Of a stretch of 64,000 nucleotides of DNA, positions 60,423 to 64,000 are shown one piece after another (within the stretch, counting starts at the first letter, position 1; each line of letters opens with the position of its first letter). The notes beneath the pieces are model-generated. The model was not told the DNA's origin. It was given only the letters and a program-made list of their open reading frames with translations, and did not search any database. The DNA lies in NCBI GenBank assembly GCA_963749155.1, contig CAVVLO010000002.1, forward strand, positions 192,001 through 256,000. The letters are read 5' to 3'. A program made the position numbers and the translations under genes. Origin of the DNA: an uncultured Armatimonadia bacterium. GTDB taxonomy: Bacteria; Armatimonadota; Zipacnadia; CAVVLO01.

Positions 60423-61892
60423 TTACCTGCTGGGAAGTATCTCGACAGGACCAAAACAGGGCGCGGCCATATCGTCCGCGTCGGTGACATTGCAGTAGGG
60501 GTTGCAGCCTGCGCCGTACCACAGCACTGTGCCCTCCGGCAGCGGTGCCGCAGCCCAAAGCACGATGCGATTTGGATGATCGGCATCGAAAGTAGCGTTG
60601 TAGAGGGCATCCAGGTCATCGCTGGTGAACGAATTACGCAACCTGAAACCTGCTGGCATCCCCTGCGAGGTCAGGCGTCCCTCTACCCCTTCAAATTCAA
60701 CGAATATCCGGGAGCCGACAGAATCGCCATACTTGACCTGAGCAAGGCGCAGCTCGGTTTTTGGCGGCAGAGAGCCGTCCACCAGCGGCGCGGCGACGCG
60801 AGCGATACGTCTGCCGAGTCTGAGCTGGCCCTCCCATCCGATGTGGATGGGATCAGACAAGTCGAGGTCAATGGCTGGCACCACTCGCAGATTTGAGATG
60901 GCCTCCGGCAGCCGGCGTTGCATATCGCGGAAACGCTCCCAGGGGCCATCGAAGCCGGGGTCGAGCTGCGCCCAACGCCCAAGCTGCACCATCACGACAG
61001 GCGCCTCGGACGTTGCGAACTCGGTACGGAAGGCGCGCGCCAGCGCATCGAAGCGCCTGCCATACCGGCCATAGCGAAATTCGTCCAGGTCAGAATCGGT
61101 AAACTCGGGCTCGAAGTCGGGCATCCGGGCATCAGATTCACCCTGGTACCACACGAGCCCCCTCACGTGGCCGCCGGCCAGGTTGATCTGGCGTTCCATA
61201 AAGTCGTAGAAGTTACCGCCCTTTTCGCTGCGCTTGTCCGGATCCCATTCGGCGATGGCACTTCCGCCATAGGCGGTAGGGATCAGCCCAACTGGTACAC
61301 CGGTCTGCTGCACCATTGATTTGGCGAAGCTATAGCCAGCGTCCATCCCTCCCCAGGGAGTGCCTTCTTCCGAGGCCGCGCGGTTGGCAGCTAGTTGTTT
61401 GTCTGTAAGCTGATAAACGGTGTGGTGATGCAACTCGAAGAAGGGGTGGTCGGCCTCAAACAGGCGATGGAGAGGGGGCACTGCGGGTTGCCACTGACCA
61501 CTCATCCCCAACATATTGACCTCAGGCAGGGCAGGGAGCTGCTCGAGGATGGGCGCAAGCCCCTGCATATTTGACTGGCCTGCAAGCACCCACAGGTCGC
61601 CCACCAGCACATGGGCAAGGCCAAGGGCAAGCTCCTCACCAGCGAGCAAGGTCACTTCATAAGGGCCACCGACAGGTAGCCCCTCAATCTGCAGGAAAAC
61701 TCCCTCACCCGAGAGTGCCTGGTCAAGCAGCGCGCCGTCCGGCCCGATAATCTTCACCTGCGTGATGCCCGCGGGAGCTTCCAGCGCGCAACTGGCCTGG
61801 TCTTCTTCATCGCGTTGCAGCACCTGATAATCGGCCGTAAGCTCGGTGACGCCGGCCTGCAACTCGTTAACCAATCTTGCGCTCGGATTCAT
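60423..61892 (-). CDS. Sialate O-acetylesterase / SASA (SGNH) carbohydrate esterase
   Basis: VGDLWVLAGQSNM, GGS, WYQGESD, DPIH. Confidence 0.88.
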   Translation of the reverse strand: MNPSARLVNELQAGVTELTADYQVLQRDEEDQASCALEAPAGITQVKIIGPDGALLDQALSGEGVFLQIEGLPVGGPYEVTLLAGEELALGLAHVLVGDLWVLAGQSNMQGLAPILEQLPALPEVNMLGMSGQWQPAVPPLHRLFEADHPFFELHHHTVYQLTDKQLAANRAASEEGTPWGGMDAGYSFAKSMVQQTGVPVGLIPTAYGGSAIAEWDPDKRSEKGGNFYDFMERQINLAGGHVRGLVWYQGESDARMPDFEPEFTDSDLDEFRYGRYGRRFDALARAFRTEFATSEAPVVMVQLGRWAQLDPGFDGPWERFRDMQRRLPEAISNLRVVPAIDLDLSDPIHIGWEGQLRLGRRIARVAAPLVDGSLPPKTELRLAQVKYGDSVGSRIFVEFEGVEGRLTSQGMPAGFRLRNSFTSDDLDALYNATFDADHPNRIVLWAAAPLPEGTVLWYGAGCNPYCNVTDADDMAAPCFGPVEILPSR

Positions 61893-64000
61893 TGCGCGCT
61901 CCTCTTTACTTCGATCTTTACAGGACGCAGACTGAGCAGCACCCGTATGCGCCCATCGGAGAGTTGCTCCCAGGCATGGTAGGGCTTGCCAGCGACCCTT
62001 ACATCCGGCACGCCCTGCCCGGCTGGGAAGGTGACCTCCAGTCTCGAGCGATCTCCCGGCTTGATATGGCTTCCTTCCAGACTTACATAACCAGTTCCTG
62101 CCTCGATAGTCAGGTGACTGCCTCGGTAGAAGACCTTGCGCGCGCCAAGTTTGGGCAGTTCAGCAGGCAAGGCAGGGGCTATCTCCAGCACCCCATCACG
62201 CCAGGTATTTACTCCGAGGAAGGCATACAGGGGGAAGGTTGTGCCGCAGGAAGAATCCGAAAGGAACTCTCTGTCCAGCCCCAGCCCGCCGGATGCGTCG
62301 CCCCCTTGTTGCCGACCCCGTTCAGGATGGCCTGCGTAATAAGCGCGATAAAAGTCTCGCCCTTCTCCGCCAGCGGCCTTCACATCGGCATACCAGGCCT
62401 CGATAACCTTCGTGCGCTGCCAGGCGCGTTCAAGCTGTTCTGGCTGCCCGGTCTGGCAGCGGGTAATAAGCTCCATCAGGCTGGTCATCGGCACGGCGCC
62501 GCCGTTCTGCATCTGATAGCCCCATTGCCAGTTGTAATGGTCAGGGGCGCGCTCGTGCTCCCAGTTCCAGGGCCAGAACCAGTATTTTTCGTTATGGCGC
62601 GTGGTCGTGCGCGGGGCAAAACGCCAGTGGTAGATATCCTCGCCAGTCGCGGTGTCCCCCGGTATGATGCGCCCATCAAGCCAGGAGAGGATACTCTCAT
62701 GTTGCTCGGTGGTGCCAACGCCGTAAACCAGCGCCATCAGGTTGAAGTGGAGGAAGCCATAATCGTGTTTTGCTCCCTTCACATCAATATTGCGGCAGAA
62801 CCGGCCAGTCTCGGGCACCCAGAAGCGCCGCTCGATAGCGGCCTTTGCTTGGGCGGCAAGGCTAGCCAGAGACTCGGCTGTCTCTTTATAAACGATATGC
62901 GTCCTGTCGTCAGGGCCAATCACACTGACCTCGGGGAAGCTCCAGCCCCGCGCGGTGGCAGCGCGTTCCATCTCAGCCAGGGCCCTGAGCGCGTTGTAGT
63001 AGAAGAGTGAACTCTCGATATCAAACCTGCCTGCCGGCAGCAGATCCCAATAGCTGCCGATTAGGCCGTGCCCAGGCTCATCGCCGCCCAGCCCATCGTG
63101 GCCGACCAGCCAGGAGAGGTCCAGCAGGCCTTCCTGCCGGCCCCTGAGGTGCTCCAGCATAAATAGCATCGAACGCCTGAGCTTTGGCATCATCAGCCTG
63201 AGAAACTCATCATCTCCAGTCCACAGCCAAAACTTGCTTGCCGAGAAGGTGAGAAGGCCATTCATCACCGGCATCCGCACATCATAGCTGGCGCGCAGAT
63301 AGTTCAAAGCGATCTCGACGCCCTCGGCTGACAGCGTCGTCGGAACGAGTTTGAGGCGAGTTATACGCGCCCCTTCGCGTCCCCACTCGGGATGGAGATA
63401 CATTGGGAAGAAGAGCGGATAGCGAGCTTTCTGAGGTGAAGCCATCGGGGCGAATACTTCAGGAAAATCCGCCGGCGGCAGATCGCAGAAGTCGACTCCC
63501 ACACTACGTGCCTCGCTCCAGTCCGGCGCGTTCCGTAGTCGTCCAGCAAAGCCTTAGCCCTTCGATAAACTGGCGGGCGTCTCGCTCATCGGGGCTGATG
63601 AATTCAAGGTCGACCTCGATGATGGGAATCTGAAAAACATCGCAGTCGAAGGCCGGTGAGACCAGCTCCGGCTGCGGCCCGGTTATCTGCCCCACCAGGC
63701 GGAAGTCCTGATACTCCTCTTCAAGGGCCAGGTCACCTGACTGCCACTCAGTGTGCTGGACGTCCTGTGCGGCAGGCTGATTGAATTCCCAGCCGGTTGG
63801 CCTGTCGACTAACGTGTTGCGGTTGTATTTGGGCCAGGGCCAGGAGAAATTTGGTCGGTAGCCGCCCAGGCTGTTGTTTGGCTCAGGCAGGAAATACCCC
63901 CCATAGCAATAGCCCCACTTGTCCACCGGCACATTAAGGAGCGTATTCAGGACGTCATCTTGAGGCCCAGTATACTGGCGATTGAGCCCCATCGCGCCCC
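61889..64000 (-). CDS. (alpha/alpha)6-barrel glycosidase-like protein with an inserted CBM-like domain; 5'-partial, frameshift near 63525
   Basis: YWLWTGD-like FWLWTGDDEFL, YWD, FW.PETGRF, DYGF, QNGG; C-terminal beta-sandwich (LEIAPALP). ORFs 63504-63992 and 61889-63502 join as ...PDWSEARSVGVDF. Confidence 0.65.

Noticed and set aside
61877..63010. 377-aa plus-strand ORF
   Set aside because: Antisense shadow of the minus-strand glycosidase-like gene.
11505..64000. Integrative element or prophage at tRNA-Gln
   Set aside because: No integrase, transposase, phage gene or att duplication was found in the window.

Overview
Bacterial chromosomal window, GC-rich and from a diderm organism (TolC and lipoproteins present). 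Gene content tentatively suggests an anaerobic polysaccharide degrader, possibly Armatimonadota-like; this cannot be proven from sequence alone. Layout: (1) 1-5.9 kb holds ftsK, rimO, an nrdG-like radical SAM gene and an unknown acidic protein with what look like five tandem winged-helix repeats. (2) 6.07-9.35 kb is a heavily frameshifted NLR-like DUF4062-NACHT-TPR gene with nine near-identical 126-bp repeats that vary at a few fixed codons, followed by REP/MITE-like palindromes. (3) glnS followed by tRNA-Gln(CUG). (4) 11.7-44.8 kb is a carbohydrate-enzyme region (two GH36-like, GH38, GH38/57-like, GH78, GH99-like, GH55-like and (alpha/alpha)6-barrel proteins, one URO-D-family gene), interrupted by a TetR-TolC-HlyD-ABC efflux operon. 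(5) 44.8-54.9 kb is a DeoR-controlled cluster of class III aminotransferase, two FGGY kinases, Gfo/Idh/MocA, creatininase, amidohydrolase and two sugar isomerases, a candidate new amino-sugar catabolic pathway. (6) 55-58.9 kb is a two-gene cassette: a secreted Ig-like/zincin protein with an in-frame C18 tract (candidate phase-variation switch) and a downstream beta-propeller lipoprotein. (7) 59-64 kb holds a second URO-D-family gene, a SASA esterase and a partial (alpha/alpha)6 glycosidase. About ten otherwise intact genes carry single-base frameshifts, which points to uncorrected long-read indel errors. All family calls rest on motif recognition by eye; no database searches were run.
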